A stretch of 63,453 bases of DNA, counting the filler, from Octopus bimaculoides (Eukaryota): the NCBI RefSeq assembly GCF_001194135.2. It is 6 parts of 6 records of this genome, joined end to end, with 100 filler letters (N's around TTAATTAATTAA, not from the genome) between each part and the next. Parts side by side here need not be neighbours in the genome. Positions count along the whole stretch, not along the records: positions 33,922 to 55,169 come from NC_069004.1; 5 more parts are not named here. One strand, written 5' to 3'. Shown here piece after piece: positions 39,300-53,801 of this stretch. The notes below the pieces were generated by a model, which was given only the letters and a program-made list of their open reading frames with translations, was not told where the DNA came from and did no database searches. Position 1 is the stretch's first letter. Every line of letters begins with the position of its first letter. The position numbers were made by a program, and so were the translations under genes.

Positions 39300-40385
39300 G
39301 TGACGTAATCCGAGTGTCAGATAGACTGCCTTGCAGTAATTGTTCTTACTCACTGTCTCAGTTCTGAGTTCAAATTCCGCGGAAGTCGTCATTTAGGCTT
39401 GAAAGAAATAAAAAACAAATCATGGAACAATACAAATCATTTTGTGTGCGGACGCGATGCAGATTTTGTTCAGGATCATTACGCTCCGAGTTCAAATCAC
39501 ATCTAAACCAAATTTGCTTTAGCGTTTTCGAGGCTAAAAAAAAGCAAGAATGTGTATTCACGAAGCAGTAAGCCCGTGGATGTGGATACGAAGCTACATT
39601 TGTTAAGGATCATTGCTCTCTGAATTTCAAATCACATCGATTTAAATTCGCTTTCGTCTATTCAGGGTTGAAAAAATAGTACAAACCTAGGGCGGTGGAT
39701 ATTTGAAGATATTTATTTCGGATCTTTACGTCCCCCAGTTCAAATCCTACCATAGTATACATGGCGGTACCGTTAGTCCATCGACCGGTTTAGTACCACC
39801 AGCAGACACATTAGATGCATTGTAGTCAGATCACCGGGTTGAGGATATCACCCTCCTTCACTTTCCCTGGCAACGAAAACCTTGTAAAGGATTAGAAGCA
39901 CTGCATTTCTTCCTGATTAATAGATAAATATAAATATATATTAAACACCTATTGATAATTAATATCTAGATCATATAAAGCGGATAGATGGCAGAATCGT
40001 TAGCACACGTTCTGAGTTCAAATTCCGCGGAGATCAGCTTTACTTTCATCTTTCCGAGGTTGTTAAAGTAGCAGATGAGAAATGGGATCGATGAAATCGA
40101 TGTACAAACTTTAGTGAACTTGCTGGCCTTGTGCCAAAATTTCAAACCAAACTTTCGGTCAAGTCTGGCTCCATACTGGACACAGTTCTTACCGTGTCGG
40201 ACGAAATTCACAGCAGCATTACTTCCGAATTTATGTTCAGAGTTCAAATGCCTCTGAGGTCAACCTTGCCCTTCATTCTTTCGAGGTTGACAAAAGAAGT
40301 AACAATCGAGCACCGGGATCGATATAATCAACTTCCCCCATCCAAGAAATTGCTGGCTTTGTGCCAAAATTTGAAACCAGTAGTT
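39300..40385 (+). mobile_element. Array of at least 6 degenerate SINE heads/copies
   Basis: B-box-like GAGTTCAAAT motifs at about 39366, 39488, 39622, 39736, 40014 and 40240. The last two carry Nin-like bodies. Confidence 0.7.
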
Positions 40386-40589
40386 AGATAAAATATATCG
40401 AGATGAACTTAAGACATTGATGCGACATATTTGGTTTTAGCTAATACTGAGATATGATATATCTAGTTATAGTTGTTATTAGATTTATTTCTAGTTAAGT
40501 CTTAGATCTGATAATCCTCAGATTTGATTAATGACAATCTCCGTTTTAAGAACTATGGTATTCGAAAAGAAAATCAGGAAAGGTGAGAC

Positions 40590-40776
40590 ATAGTAAAATC
40601 AATGTTGAGAGCGAGGGAGCGAAACTGAAATAGTGAAATTAAGAGACTGAGAGAGTGAGAGAGAGAAGGAGAGGGAGTGTGAGATTGAGTGAGAAATGTA
40701 TTTAAAATACAGAGAGAGAGTGAGGGTTGAGATAGGGATGCAAATGAATTTGAGTGAATTATATACGAGGAAAGAG

Positions 40777-40855
<79 letters not shown>

Positions 40856-41016
40856 GAGGGAGGAAAGAATAACATTGAGTATGAGACAGAGAAATGGTTA
40901 GATTAATAGAGAAAGAAAAAGAGCGAGTCATGGAATGAGTGGAGGAAGAAAGCGACAGAAAAGCAAAGAAAGAAAGAAACAAAGAAAGAGAAAAGAGAGA
41001 GAGAGAGAGAAGGAGA

Positions 41017-41064
<48 letters not shown>

Positions 41065-41278
41065 AAGAGAGAAAAGGAAAAAATGTTACGGATTGAGTAG
41101 AGAGATGAACAGAAAACCGGAGATGGCGAGTGATGAGATAGATAGATAGATAGATCAATACATAGACAGAAAGAATGAAAGATAGACAAATAGATAGATA
41201 GATAGATAGATACATAGCATACACACATATTTAGGTGTGTATGTATGTAAGTATGTACGTATGTAGGTAGGTAGGTAG

Positions 41279-41335
<57 letters not shown>

Positions 41336-41689
41336 AAAGTCACGTAATGTGTGTACTGAAAAGAAATAAAGTAAAGGAAGGAAGGAAAAAGAATAAAAAG
41401 AGAAAGAAGGAGAAAAAAGAAGCCGAGAGAAAAATTCGTGGAATGAGTATTTAGATAAAATGGCAAAAAGAAAGAAAGAGAAAGAGAGAGCGAGAGAGAG
41501 GGGGGAGTCAGAGAGACAGACAGACAGACAGACAGAGACAGAGAGTATGTGACAGTGTGTGTGTGTGAGAGAGGGAGAAAGGGAGAGAGAGACGCAAGTC
41601 ATGGAATGCGTTAGAGAGAATGGGTATAGAAAAAAGTAACAGAGAAAGAATCAAATAGAGAGATAGAGAGAGAGAGGATGTGTGCGTAC

Positions 41690-41727
<38 letters not shown>

Positions 41728-41897
41728 AGGAGAGAAGAAGAGAGGAAGAGGATGACAACAACAAAAACAAAACAAAAGGAACGAGTCACCTTTATTTTAT
41801 ACACAAACCAACATTAGCTCTTACCAAATTATAGTTATTATACGACTTCCTAATATCAAGTAGTCAAACGTAAGTCCTATATATACATACTGTTGAT

Positions 41898-41982
<85 letters not shown>

Positions 41983-42057
41983 GAATATATATGTATATAT
42001 TTGTATGTATATATGTATATATATATTTGTATCTATATATATGTATATATATAAGTC

Positions 42058-42094
<37 letters not shown>

Positions 42095-42110
42095 TGATAT
42101 ATGTATTCGG
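40590..42110. repeat. Purine-rich (GA)n/(GATA)n/(GACA)n and (CA)n/(TA)n microsatellite field
   Basis: Directly visible. Confidence 0.95.
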
Positions 42111-42549
42111 CTTAAGATAATTTTTAATGCGTGTGTCCTTGTTCTTACATAGTTCAAACGGGGCAAAATATAGGATGGAAGGGTGGGGTAAAACAAAACA
42201 AAAAGAAAAAAACTAAAAGAAAACAAAACAAAACAATAACAGAACACAACAGAACAAGAACAAAATAAAACAAAGACAACAAAATAAAACAAAGACAAAA
42301 CACGATGGAGGCAATAAAATGTCCTTGTGAAAGGGGCTGAAAGAATTAATGAATATGACAGCTTAAATACGAAATGATATTAATCTTAGCTAACCGAATA
42401 AAAACAAAGTAGAAACGAGAATATATAAAGAAAAAACAGATACTATATAATTTGGATATCACACGGTGATATATGTGCTCAATTCCCTCCTCTCTCTCTC
42501 TGAGATATTTATATGTATATACATACATATATATATGTATGTATATACG

Positions 42550-42590
<41 letters not shown>

Positions 42591-43073
42591 ACACATACAT
42601 ACGTATACACAAGCGCAAACACACACATACATGTATGCGAATATACATGTATATAGTTGAATTAATATTTGATATATTACATATAGACACTGTTTATGAT
42701 ATTTCTGTATTCGGGACTTTTCTATTTCTGGATCCATGGATAGGACCTCAAATGTGAGTGGTTGGCTGGTCGGCTGGTTGGCTGGTCGGCTGGCAGGCTG
42801 GTACGTTGGTAGTGTAGGCACCTCTCGTCTATTCAACATTTTTGATTTTTAAAAAATACTTTTACTTTCTGGTATACACACACACAAATGTGCAAACACA
42901 TACATTTACACACACAAAAGCACGCACACGCACACACACGCCTACCAACACTCATTAAAAATATACATTTACATATTTACATATATACATATATATATAT
43001 CAGGTGAGCAAAAGTGCACGTACGCCGCTATATATATATATATATATGAATGTAGGTATGTATATGTATATAT

Positions 43074-43112
<39 letters not shown>

Positions 43113-45045
43113 AATATAAATAAACACACACACACATATTTCTAAAATGAAATAGAAGAACAGCTATTGTATTAAACAAAAAGTGAGGTTGTCTCCCCTG
43201 TTCATGAATATGATTTATCTTCGATCTTGTTCGGGTAAATGTTGTTGATAAGCCACAAGACATCGCCGCCTATCACACTTGGATGAGATTATTGGTGAGT
43301 CCATGGCTTTCATGTGCTTTAACTACAACGGACGCTTTGAGGGAGTATTCTCCACCACGCCAAATCTCAACCCGCCGGCAAATACACATGCTACTTCCGT
43401 TAAGTATATGCTATTGATAATGTTTATATATATATATATCATCAATAAAAATACAGTGTCGTGTGCAATATCCAGCGTGTCCGATATATTCCTCCTTCAG
43501 GAATGAAATTAAAAAATTAAAATGATATATGTATATATGATAAATCAAACATCAAAATATTTGTGATGTCGCTGGCCACTTTGTTTTGTTTCCCTTTGTT
43601 CATTTTTATTTAGTTTTCTCTAAATTATCTCGGCCATATATGCATTTCACCTCGTTTTGCCTACGTCTATGTCCTTTGGCTGCTGAAGTTAGGTTATTAC
43701 AACCATATATAATGGTAACCTTAATGCATCATAATATAGGATATTGATGTATCACTGAAGAGAATGCCACGTTCATCCTGATACAACTGTTTCTCTAACA
43801 TTCTCTGACAAAATCATTTCTTTTATATTTCACAAGTGACAATCTCCTTGTTCTTCTTACGTTTAATAGTTTTGTTATCGCATAGAGAGAGACATAGCTT
43901 TCAATAATGGACTGTCAAGCAATTAGCTCTATTAAGCGAATGTAAACGTTTGATTCAAAGCTATTGAGACGTAGAAGAATTATAGTCAAATTCTTCACAA
44001 TCTGCAACTTCTCTACTCAAATATATTCGTTTATTCTATTCTAATATTCCTTTATTTTTATTCTAATAATTCTTTTGTTCTTTTTATTTGTTGCACTTGT
44101 TGGACTGTAGCCATGTTGGGACACAATCTTGAAGGGTTTGGCCGATCAGGTCACCCCAGGGAGCTATATTTTCTTTCTTCAAATCCTGTTCTTAACTTAT
44201 TGCGCGATTTTAGCAAATCGTTTTAGCTAAAAGACGTAAGGAAGACAACGCCTGTTGGGAGACAAACACAGTCACATACGCATACATACACACACACATG
44301 CACACTTACACACACACTCATACACACACCCACTCATATACATACACAGACACACACACTCACACATATGCACATACACATAACACACAAACGCTCACAC
44401 ACACATGCACACAGATACACACACTCTCGCACACACTGACACAGACAGACACTGACGCACAAATATACACACACACTGACACATATACACGCACACACAC
44501 GCACACACACGCACACACGCACACACCCACCCACACACACATACACATATGGCGCCTGTAGCGTGTGTGGAATAGTGAAATCTACAAACGCACACACTCA
44601 CAAACACACACAGACGCACGTACACACACACGTACAGATATCGGTAACATAGTACAAACGGTACAAGGAGAATAAAAGACGAGGATTTAGACAATGTAAG
44701 AGTTTACGAAAGTTAAATACATATCAGAATAAAAATTTGCCCACAGAGAATTGTATCCGAAAACTGACAAAAGTATTTGACTGATGTTTCAGGTAAACCC
44801 ATTATGATGGGCTTCCATATATTTTCGTTTCTTTTATCGCTTTCCTGTTTCAGTTATTGGATTGCGGCCATGTTGGGGATTCACCTTGAAGGAGTTTTAG
44901 TAAACGAATCGTGTTAAGTACATATTTTTGTAAGCCTGGTAATTATGTAATTATTCTATCGGTCTCTTATGGTGAAGTTCTAAGTCAGGTGGACCTCAAC
45001 AAACAAATGCCGGTCGTGAAGCGATACTGAGTGACAAACACAAAA

Positions 45046-45103
<58 letters not shown>

Positions 45104-45738
45104 NNNNNNNNNNNNNNNNNNNNNNNNNNNNNNNNNNNNNNNNNNNNNNNNNNNNNNNNNNNNNNNNNNNNNNNNNNNNNNNNNNNNNNNNNNNNNNNNN
45201 NNNNNNNNNNNNNNNNNNNNNNNNNNNNNNNNNNNNNNNNNNNNNNNNNNNNNNNNNNNNNNNNNNNNNNNNNNNNNNNNNNNNNNNNNNNNNNNNNNNN
45301 NNNNNNNNNNNNNNNNNNNNNNNNNNNNNNNNNNNNNNNNNNNNNNNNNNNNNNNNNNNNNNNNNNNNNNNNNNNNNNNNNNNNNNNNNNNNNNNNNNNN
45401 NNNNNNNNNNNNNNNNNNNNNNNNNNNNNNNNNNNNNNNNNNNNNNNNNNNNNNNNNNNNNNNNNNNNNNNNNNNNNNNNNNNNNNNNNNNNNNNNNNNN
45501 NNNNNNNNNNNNNNNNNNNNNNNNNNNNNNNNNNNNNNNNNNNNNNNNNNNNNNNNNNNNNNNNNNNNNNNNNNNNNNNNNNNNNNNNNNNNNNNNNNNN
45601 NNNNNNNNNNNNNNNNNNNNNNNNNNNNNNNNNNNNNNNNNNNNNNNNNNNNNNNNNNNNNNNNNNNNNNNNNNNNNNNNNNNNNNNNNNNNNNNNNNNN
45701 NNNNNNNNNNNNNNNNNNNNNNNNNNNNNNNNNNNNNN

Positions 45739-45777
<39 letters not shown>

Positions 45778-47232
45778 AGCATACATATATAAATACATAC
45801 ATGCGTACACACATACATGCAGACATACAAACACTCATAATACATGCACACATTCATGGAGCTTCCAAGATTTCTCACCAAATCACTCGCAAGGCATTGA
45901 TCCACCTGGAAATATAATAGAAGGCACTTGCCAAACCACAAGGGCCGCATAATGGGACGTGCGAAACCACGTCGTTGCGGAGACAGTATGCCTCATACAA
46001 TATTCTCTTTCTCAAGAATGGAAAATAAAATAAAATAAAAAAACACAAACTAGAAAAAACAAAAAACAAAAACAAAAACAAAAACAAAACAACAACCACA
46101 ACAAAAACACAAAAATTATATATATATTTAAGTAATATATCCTAGAATATGATATTAAAACTTGAATCGGAAAACAGAATAAAAAAATACAAAATGAAAA
46201 TGAAACTGACAAAGATAATGTATATGATTATTATTATGTTGAAATTTCGGAAAGATAGGTGTCGGCATAATTGGACAGTGATATNNNNNNNNNNNNNNNN
46301 NNNNNNNNNNNNNNNNNNNNNNNNNNNNNNNNNNNNNNNNNNNNNNNNNNNNNNNNNNNNNNNNNNNNNNNNNNNNNNNNNNNNNNNNNNNNNNNNNNNN
46401 NNNNNNNNNNNNNNNNNNNNNNNNNNNNNNNNNNNNNNNNNNNNNNNNNNNNNNNNNNNNNNNNNNNNNNNNNNNNNNNNNNNNNNNNNNNNNNNNNNNN
46501 NNNNNNNNNNNNNNNNNNNNNNNNNNNNNNNNNNNNNNNNNNNNNNNNNNNNNNNNNNNNNNNNNNNNNNNNNNNNNNNNNNNNNNNNNNNNNNNNNNNN
46601 NNNNNNNNNNNNNNNNNNNNNNNNNNNNNNNNNNNNNNNNNNNNNNNNNNNNNNNNNNNNNNNNNNNNNNNNNNNNNNNNNNNNNNNNNNNNNNNNNNNN
46701 NNNNNNNNNNNNNNNNNNNNNNNNNNNNNNNNNNNNNNNNNNNNNNNNNNNNNNNNNNNNNNNNNNNNNNNNNNNNNNNNNNNNNNNNNNNNNNNNNNNN
46801 NNNNNNNNNNNNNNNNNNNNNNNNNNNNNNNNNNNNNNNNNNNNNNNNNNNNNNNNNNNNNNNNNNNNNNNNNNNNNNNNNNNNNNNNNNNNNNNNNNNN
46901 NNNNNNNNNNNNNNNNNNNNNNNNNNNNNNNNNNNNNNNNNNNNNNNNNNNNNNNNNNNNNNNNNNNNNNNNNNNNNNNNNNNNNNNNNNNNNNNNNNNN
47001 NNNNNNNNNNNNNNNNNNNNNNNNNNNNNNNNNNNNNNNNNNNNNNNNNNNNNNNNNNNNNNNNNNNNNNNNNNNNNNNNNNNNNNNNNNNNNNNNNNNN
47101 NNNNNNNNNNNNNNNNNNNNNNNNNNNNNNNNNNNNNNNNNNNNNNNNNNNNNNNNNNNNNNNNNNNNNNNNNNNNNNNNNNNNNNNNNNNNNNNNNNNN
47201 NNNNNNNNNNNNNNNNNNNNNNNNNNNNNNNN

Positions 47233-47263
<31 letters not shown>

Positions 47264-47979
47264 CACACACACACATGAACACGGAAACATACACACATAT
47301 ACATGCATACACATACACATATACGTGGGTGCATATACAAAATTATGTACATACCAGTATATGTGTATGCCGTGTGTGTCTCTATGGGCGTATATATTTC
47401 AGTAAGTAGATTGTCATGTCAAAAATTAACCAGACACAGCCAGCGGCTAATTGTTGAACTTATTGTAATCAGAATTATTCATCAATTTATCAATTCTCTT
47501 CATAAAGACCGTATCTTAAACAGATACATACATATGCATACATACATATACATACGTATATATATACATACAGTAAATTTATATAAACGAATAATCGTGC
47601 ACAAACCGCCCGTAGTACCTACACGCCCATATATATCCATATGTATATGTATATGTACAGTCAACCAGACTCCATAGCGACAGGTATTGATTTACGTCAA
47701 CAAGACAGGTAGATGGATTTTACATAGTTTAAATGACAAAAATTTTGTGGTTTTCTCTTCACTCTCTCTCCCATGAACTTTTCTCTGACGAAGAATTTTC
47801 TGTCCGAAGCATTGCATTTTCCACTGCACGCAAGTTCGATGGTCATACATACTTACATAATTTTATACACATCTACATATATGTGTGATATATATGTACA
47901 TGTATGTGTATGTGAGTATTTGTATGTCTATATCTATATAAATATATATACAAAAATATCTGTATATGTATAATATATT

Positions 47980-48022
<43 letters not shown>

Positions 48023-48034
48023 GGAATGGATATC

Positions 48035-48305
48035 CTCTTAGCTCCTTGTGGAGCGTAGGGCCGATTTCCCGGTTTCCATGACGTACGTGTTCCCCCGAAG
48101 ATTTTTACTCAAGAAACAGGAAGAAAGTGTGAGAGAAAGTTGGAGCGAATGAGTACAACAGGGGTCGCCGCCACCCCCTGCCGGAGCCTCGTTGAGCTTT
48201 AGGTGTTTTCGCTCAATAAACAAACACAACGTTCGGTCTGGGAATCGAAACCGCGATCCTCAGACCGCAAGTCTGCTGCCCTAATCACTGGGCCATTGCG
48301 CCTCC
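48035..48305 (-). mobile_element. SINE with the same head as 14596-14984 but a different 3' tail
   Basis: Matches through CTTCCTGTTTC, then diverges to ...CATGGAAACCGGGAAATCGGCCCTACGCTCCACAAGGAGCTAAGAGG. Confidence 0.75.
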
Positions 48306-49012
48306 TCATATAAATATGTATATGTAATATTTATGTCCGTGTGTATGTATGTATGTACCAATGACGAGCAAACAAGGGGAAAGAACGGTGTGTGGGCGAT
48401 ATGTTGAATAACTTTTGAGAAATTATCGCAACAGAAACCATGTGAGAATTTGGCTTTGACTACAGGAAGCTATTCGATTGTATTTCATTCGGTTTCATTG
48501 AAAGAAATAGTTGATCAATGTCAGTGATTTGAAAACACCTTCCACTTACGTGTAACAGTTCCAGAGATCCTGAATAAACGGAAGGGCCGGGGAGATTACC
48601 CCTAACTCCGAAACTAATCAGGAAACAAAAGCCAAATACATATACACTCATGTGTATTTGTATTTTTATATATTTTCATTATTGTGTAATCTCTGTCAAT
48701 AGACGCATTGAATATATATATATATTGATTTATTAAACAGCTACAAAGATTTTAGATGGTAATAATCAGTTAGATTATACCCAGCATTCATTTAATATTT
48801 ATTTCATCGACTGAGTATGAATGAAAAACATTATCATACTCAAGACAGAGCACAAGAGCCGTAAGTATATAGCATAACCATTTTGCACAAGTTTATAAGG
48901 TTCGCATATTAGTGTTTGAGTAAGACAAAAACAACTAAAAATCAGAGCGTGGATAACCATAAAAACATATCTAAGGCGATAGGCTCAATGTCCTGATTTC
49001 GATACTCTACAT

Positions 49013-49213
49013 CAATGATTCCCAACGATTTTTAGCCAGTTGTCTACTTTGATTTCTATTTTACACATGAGAACCCCCATAGGTATTCGATTTTTAAAAA
49101 CATCCTATTATATATTTATAATTGCAGATCACTTTTAACAACAAAAGCTTATATGAGCCCCCAAGAGCCATATGGGCTCTCATGGGCTATATGGCCCCCA
49201 GCTGAGAACCACT
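49013..49213. mobile_element. hAT (Charlie/MER5-like) MITE
   Basis: Termini CAATGATTCCCAAC and GCTGAGAACCACT resemble CAGTGGTTCCCAAC/GTTGAGAACCACTG. No clear TSD. Confidence 0.5.
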
Positions 49214-50154
49214 TCGACGCTCTTCTACGTTTACTAATTTACAAATTGATGACTAAAGGAGCCTAACACAAGTAGCTTGAAATCAGAACGTGAATCTTCG
49301 TAAATAATTGTGTAGGCTATTGTGTCTGGTTCCCTTCTTCTTCAGGCAATCTATATAGTGATTTCTAAATTAGAATCAAGGCCACAGAAACCAGAATATT
49401 GATGGCCGTAATTGAAAAAGCAAAGAAGTATATTTTTTATATTGTCAGGCGCTATTCTAATTTTGCTAATCCACTTGTTGATGTCTCAGCTAGACACAGA
49501 AACTAAACACGGAAACCATATGGTAAAGGGCCGTAACCAGATAACTAAACACTGTGAGTTATTTTATTCGACGCACCAATGATTTCTGCCTTCTGTCAAT
49601 CCTCCACTCTTTGCATTAAACATAATATCGTTAAAAGACATCAAAAAGCACCAAAAACGCCACAAGGGTACACAATCAACTTATGATCAATACCACATTA
49701 TATTTGATGGAAATGTTCAACCAATATTAACCAATTCCGGTAAAGAGAATGAGAGAGAGACAGAGACAGAGAGGAAGAGATGGAGAGAGGGGGAGACAGA
49801 GGGGGAGAAAGGGAAGGGAAGAGAAAGAGAAGGGGAGAGAAAGAGAAAGGGAGAGAAAGGAGAGGGGATTTCAGTATTTTAGCTAAAACAATGTCTGAGA
49901 CACTTCAAAAGCTGCAATAAATCGGGGAGTTATTTGTCTTGTCTGCTGAAATAGAAACACCTAAAAAAAAAAGGAAAACGACAAAAATAAAAACAAAAAC
50001 CAAAAAACAAACAAATGCAAGGAAAAAAATACAAAAATACATATAAGAAAATATAAACATCAACGAAAAACCAAAACAAAAAAACCCAACAACCCTAAAA
50101 CAAATATATAAAACGCTAAAGCAATCATCACCGTCACAGCTCTCACAACGGCAT

Positions 50155-50187
<33 letters not shown>

Positions 50188-50877
50188 ATGATATTAGTCT
50201 TCGTTTATTTGCTATAGGGTCAAATAAAACACCTATAAAAGACTATAAAGTAAATACCACTTAGTGAAGTGCAAATATATAAGGATGTACACACGTCTCT
50301 CTCTCTCTCTCTCTCTCTTTGAAACAGAATCTCATACACAAACACACTCACACACACACATACACACATACACACACATATATATATACTTATGTGTGTA
50401 CGTGTATGTGTGTGTGTGTGGGGGGGGGTATTTTACCTTTCACTTGTAGGAATCATTGTAGTGCGGCCATGCTATGTTACCGCTTTGAAGGGTTGAACTG
50501 AAATTAAAAAAATTAGAATATATATATATATTCTAAATTAATGTGACTAAAGTGTATCTCGGTTTTTAGAATCCTCCCACGAGTAGATCGATTTCTGCCA
50601 GGCTCAGGTAACTTTAGATTGCTGATTAACCCAGCTGTTGGGAGTTGATTTAGTCCAAACACTTTGCAACGGAATTGATACTGGGTTTCTGAAGGGTCTA
50701 CGGTTCGATCCCGCTCACTGAATAAACGCTTTGGAGGAGATTTCTGCATTCAGTTTTGGTCCAATACAAATCTCTGCTTGAGAGACTCTCTCCTTGGCGA
50801 TGAAGTTGATTTTGGAGACAAATTAACAAGAGACCAAGCCAAAGAACGGAGGTACTCATAAGTGTTAGCAGCTATTC

Positions 50878-50932
<55 letters not shown>

Positions 50933-51260
50933 NNNNNNNNNNNNNNNNNNNNNNNNNNNNNNNNNNNNNNNNNNNNNNNNNNNNNNNNNNNNNNNNNNNN
51001 NNNNNNNNNNNNNNNNNNNNNNNNNNNNNNNNNNNNNNNNNNNNNNNNNNNNNNNNNNNNNNNNNNNNNNNNNNNNNNNNNNNNNNNNNNNNNNNNNNNN
51101 NNNNNATATATATATATATATATATATATAAATATCTATATGTAGCGAAATGTCTGCTACATATGTAAATCCATGTGTACGTTTGTGAGAGTAGTGAAAA
51201 TTTAATAATTCCACAACTCACAGATTGTCACTGTTCATTTATGTCACCGTCACTTTATTC

Positions 51261-51298
<38 letters not shown>

Positions 51299-51849
51299 CA
51301 CATACACACACACACATACACACACACACACACATTCTTTACTTATCATGTAATGGATCTTGATATTTTCTTATTCGTGTATATTAACTTTAGCATGCGA
51401 ACCGATTTCAGCATGTATTTAAAAATTTTTTATTTCATATTTATTTCAGCTGATATGATAATTATATTTTCTTCCGTTTATATAACTAAAAAACTATTGC
51501 AATGCTTTTCCAATGTGCTATGCAAAACCAAACTGAAATCATTTATTTTTCACATTTTTAAACGATTTATCTTTTCTCTTTTCTTTCATTGAGACGTTTA
51601 AAAAAAAATTACTTTAAATACGTTCTGTAAAACTCGTAGAAGCAAATACATATCTTCGTGTATTACTAAATACGCATGCTTAGGCTTTATTCTTTCACTA
51701 GTTTTAACCAGAGAGCTGCGGCCATGCTGGAGAACCACCATTATATGCCCGTCTTTTTTTTAAACTAGTTCAATGATTAAAACAAATATACGAATAAAAG
51801 GCCGAGGCATAACAATTGATACAGGGCGATGCAGTTCTTTTACGCAACA

Positions 51850-52262
51850 CGGTAGAGGCAGAGAGTGACAGTTGGATTGACAAAGCCTGATTGGAAGTGA
51901 AACAAGTTTAGCAATCTCCAGGGGCATCGAGGCCATTTTGGTAGTGATAAAAAAGACAGAAGAGAGATAGCAAGACTTTAGACAAGAAGCTGGAATGTAT
52001 CTAACTTCACCAAAGTTACCATATACAAAGATATTTCAACACAATACATTGTATGTTTGACTGAGATAAACAGCACGTCATAAACCACCTCGACATCAAT
52101 AATGAACCAGAAAGACGGAGCCCGTTTCCTCTTACAGACACATTACAAAGTGTTGCAAACGTTTACAGAAAACGAATTGAATGCTTGGAACATCAGGGTT
52201 GACCAACATGCTGTCATCTTCACAGTTATTTCTGCAACTGCGACCGCATCTTCTACATTCCG
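51850..52262 (+). mobile_element. Highly decayed RTE-like ORF2 C-terminus
   Basis: EAESDSWIDKA* and SNFTKVTIYK resemble E...RI.KA and TK.RIY.ACV of RTE ORF2; multiple stops. Confidence 0.3.
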
Positions 52263-52562
52263 GTATGATTATTTTAATGAATATTAGCGTGAAACCAAAA
52301 TATGGAAGCAGCTACATGCATAAAATGTACGCATGCACGTAGACATATATTTTCATGTACGTGTGTGTGTGTCTGAGTGCGTACGTCTGACTGTGTACAC
52401 GTATGAATATATCTGTAAAAATGCATAAATTCACATATAACTACATATATAGATACCTTGTATATAGAAGGTACAAGAGTGTATAGTTTGGTTAAGACGT
52501 TGCTCTGGGATGTAATCTCAGCAAACACATATGGCGCATGTGTGTGTGTGGAATGGGGAAAA

Positions 52563-52679
<117 letters not shown>

Positions 52680-53762
52680 CAGAGAGAACACGTACAGTCA
52701 AAACGCAAAAGGAAGTCTGTTAGATTATAAGGAGCGGTGAATGACGTAAAATGGTAGCTATGGAGGAAAGTTTTGCTAGATTACACCTGTCACGTATTAA
52801 AGACGAAGTTTGTTGCGAAACTGACAGACGAGTCAATAATCAGCTAAACTACACTGTCTCTGTCACTATAAAAACCACAGGATGTAAGAATCTGTCATGT
52901 ATAGGAGACTGCTGTTTAGAGAATATCTATACCATAGACTCCTGTACATGTATGCGTGCGTATCTATCTGTGGCAGTGTGTGTCTGTGTGTATATGCCAG
53001 TGTGTGCTTATATTATCGGATATACGTAGATGGATGCAAGAAAAATGCGCCATATGTATGTATGTATGTATGTATCTATCTATCTATCTATCTATCTATN
53101 NNNNNNNNNATATATATATATATATATAAATATATATATGTCTTTGTATGCATATATTTGTGTATGTGTATGTGTCTGTGTATAAATGCATATATATATA
53201 TGTCTGTGTGTGTGTGCGTGTGTGTGTGTCTTTGTATCTGTGTGTATGTATGTATGTAAACACGCACACAGATAGCTAGATAGATAGATAGAAAGGTAGA
53301 TAGATAGATAGAGAGATAGATAGATAGATAAATAGACATATAGATAGAGAGATACATAGATAGATAAATAGATAGAAAGATAGCCTGATAGACAGATAAT
53401 GATAGCTAATCCTCCTAACAAACTGAATGTCAATCGGATAGTGATTTAATAATGAGGATTTCCATATTAAGAGGATTTCCTACTAAATCCCGATTCCAGA
53501 GATCCTCAAAAAATACAAGATATATAGCGATTTGCCAAAATACACAAGCTTTCCTCTTTTAAAGAATTCAGCAGATTAGAGCATTGTACTTTTCTCAGAT
53601 GCTTGGAATATGTTTTGGTAAACACCCCGTTCCTCTCAACGTTGAATCATACAAACTCTTATTTAAGAGATAAGACTGGATCTCTCATACACTCATAAAC
53701 GCACAGTGATACATACAGAAAAAAACACACACCCATACACATATACCACTGTATTTATATCA

Positions 53763-53801
<39 letters not shown>

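Noticed and set aside
44985-47405. Long ORFs of 250-420 aa in the track (also 36.5, 53.7, 58.6 and 62 kb)
   Set aside because: Made of N-run X residues plus microsatellite-encoded YI/VC/HT dipeptides.
52138-52262. + strand exon-like segment with good splice sites
   Set aside because: Peptide is unlike ARMC4, and the region reads as a decayed RTE.
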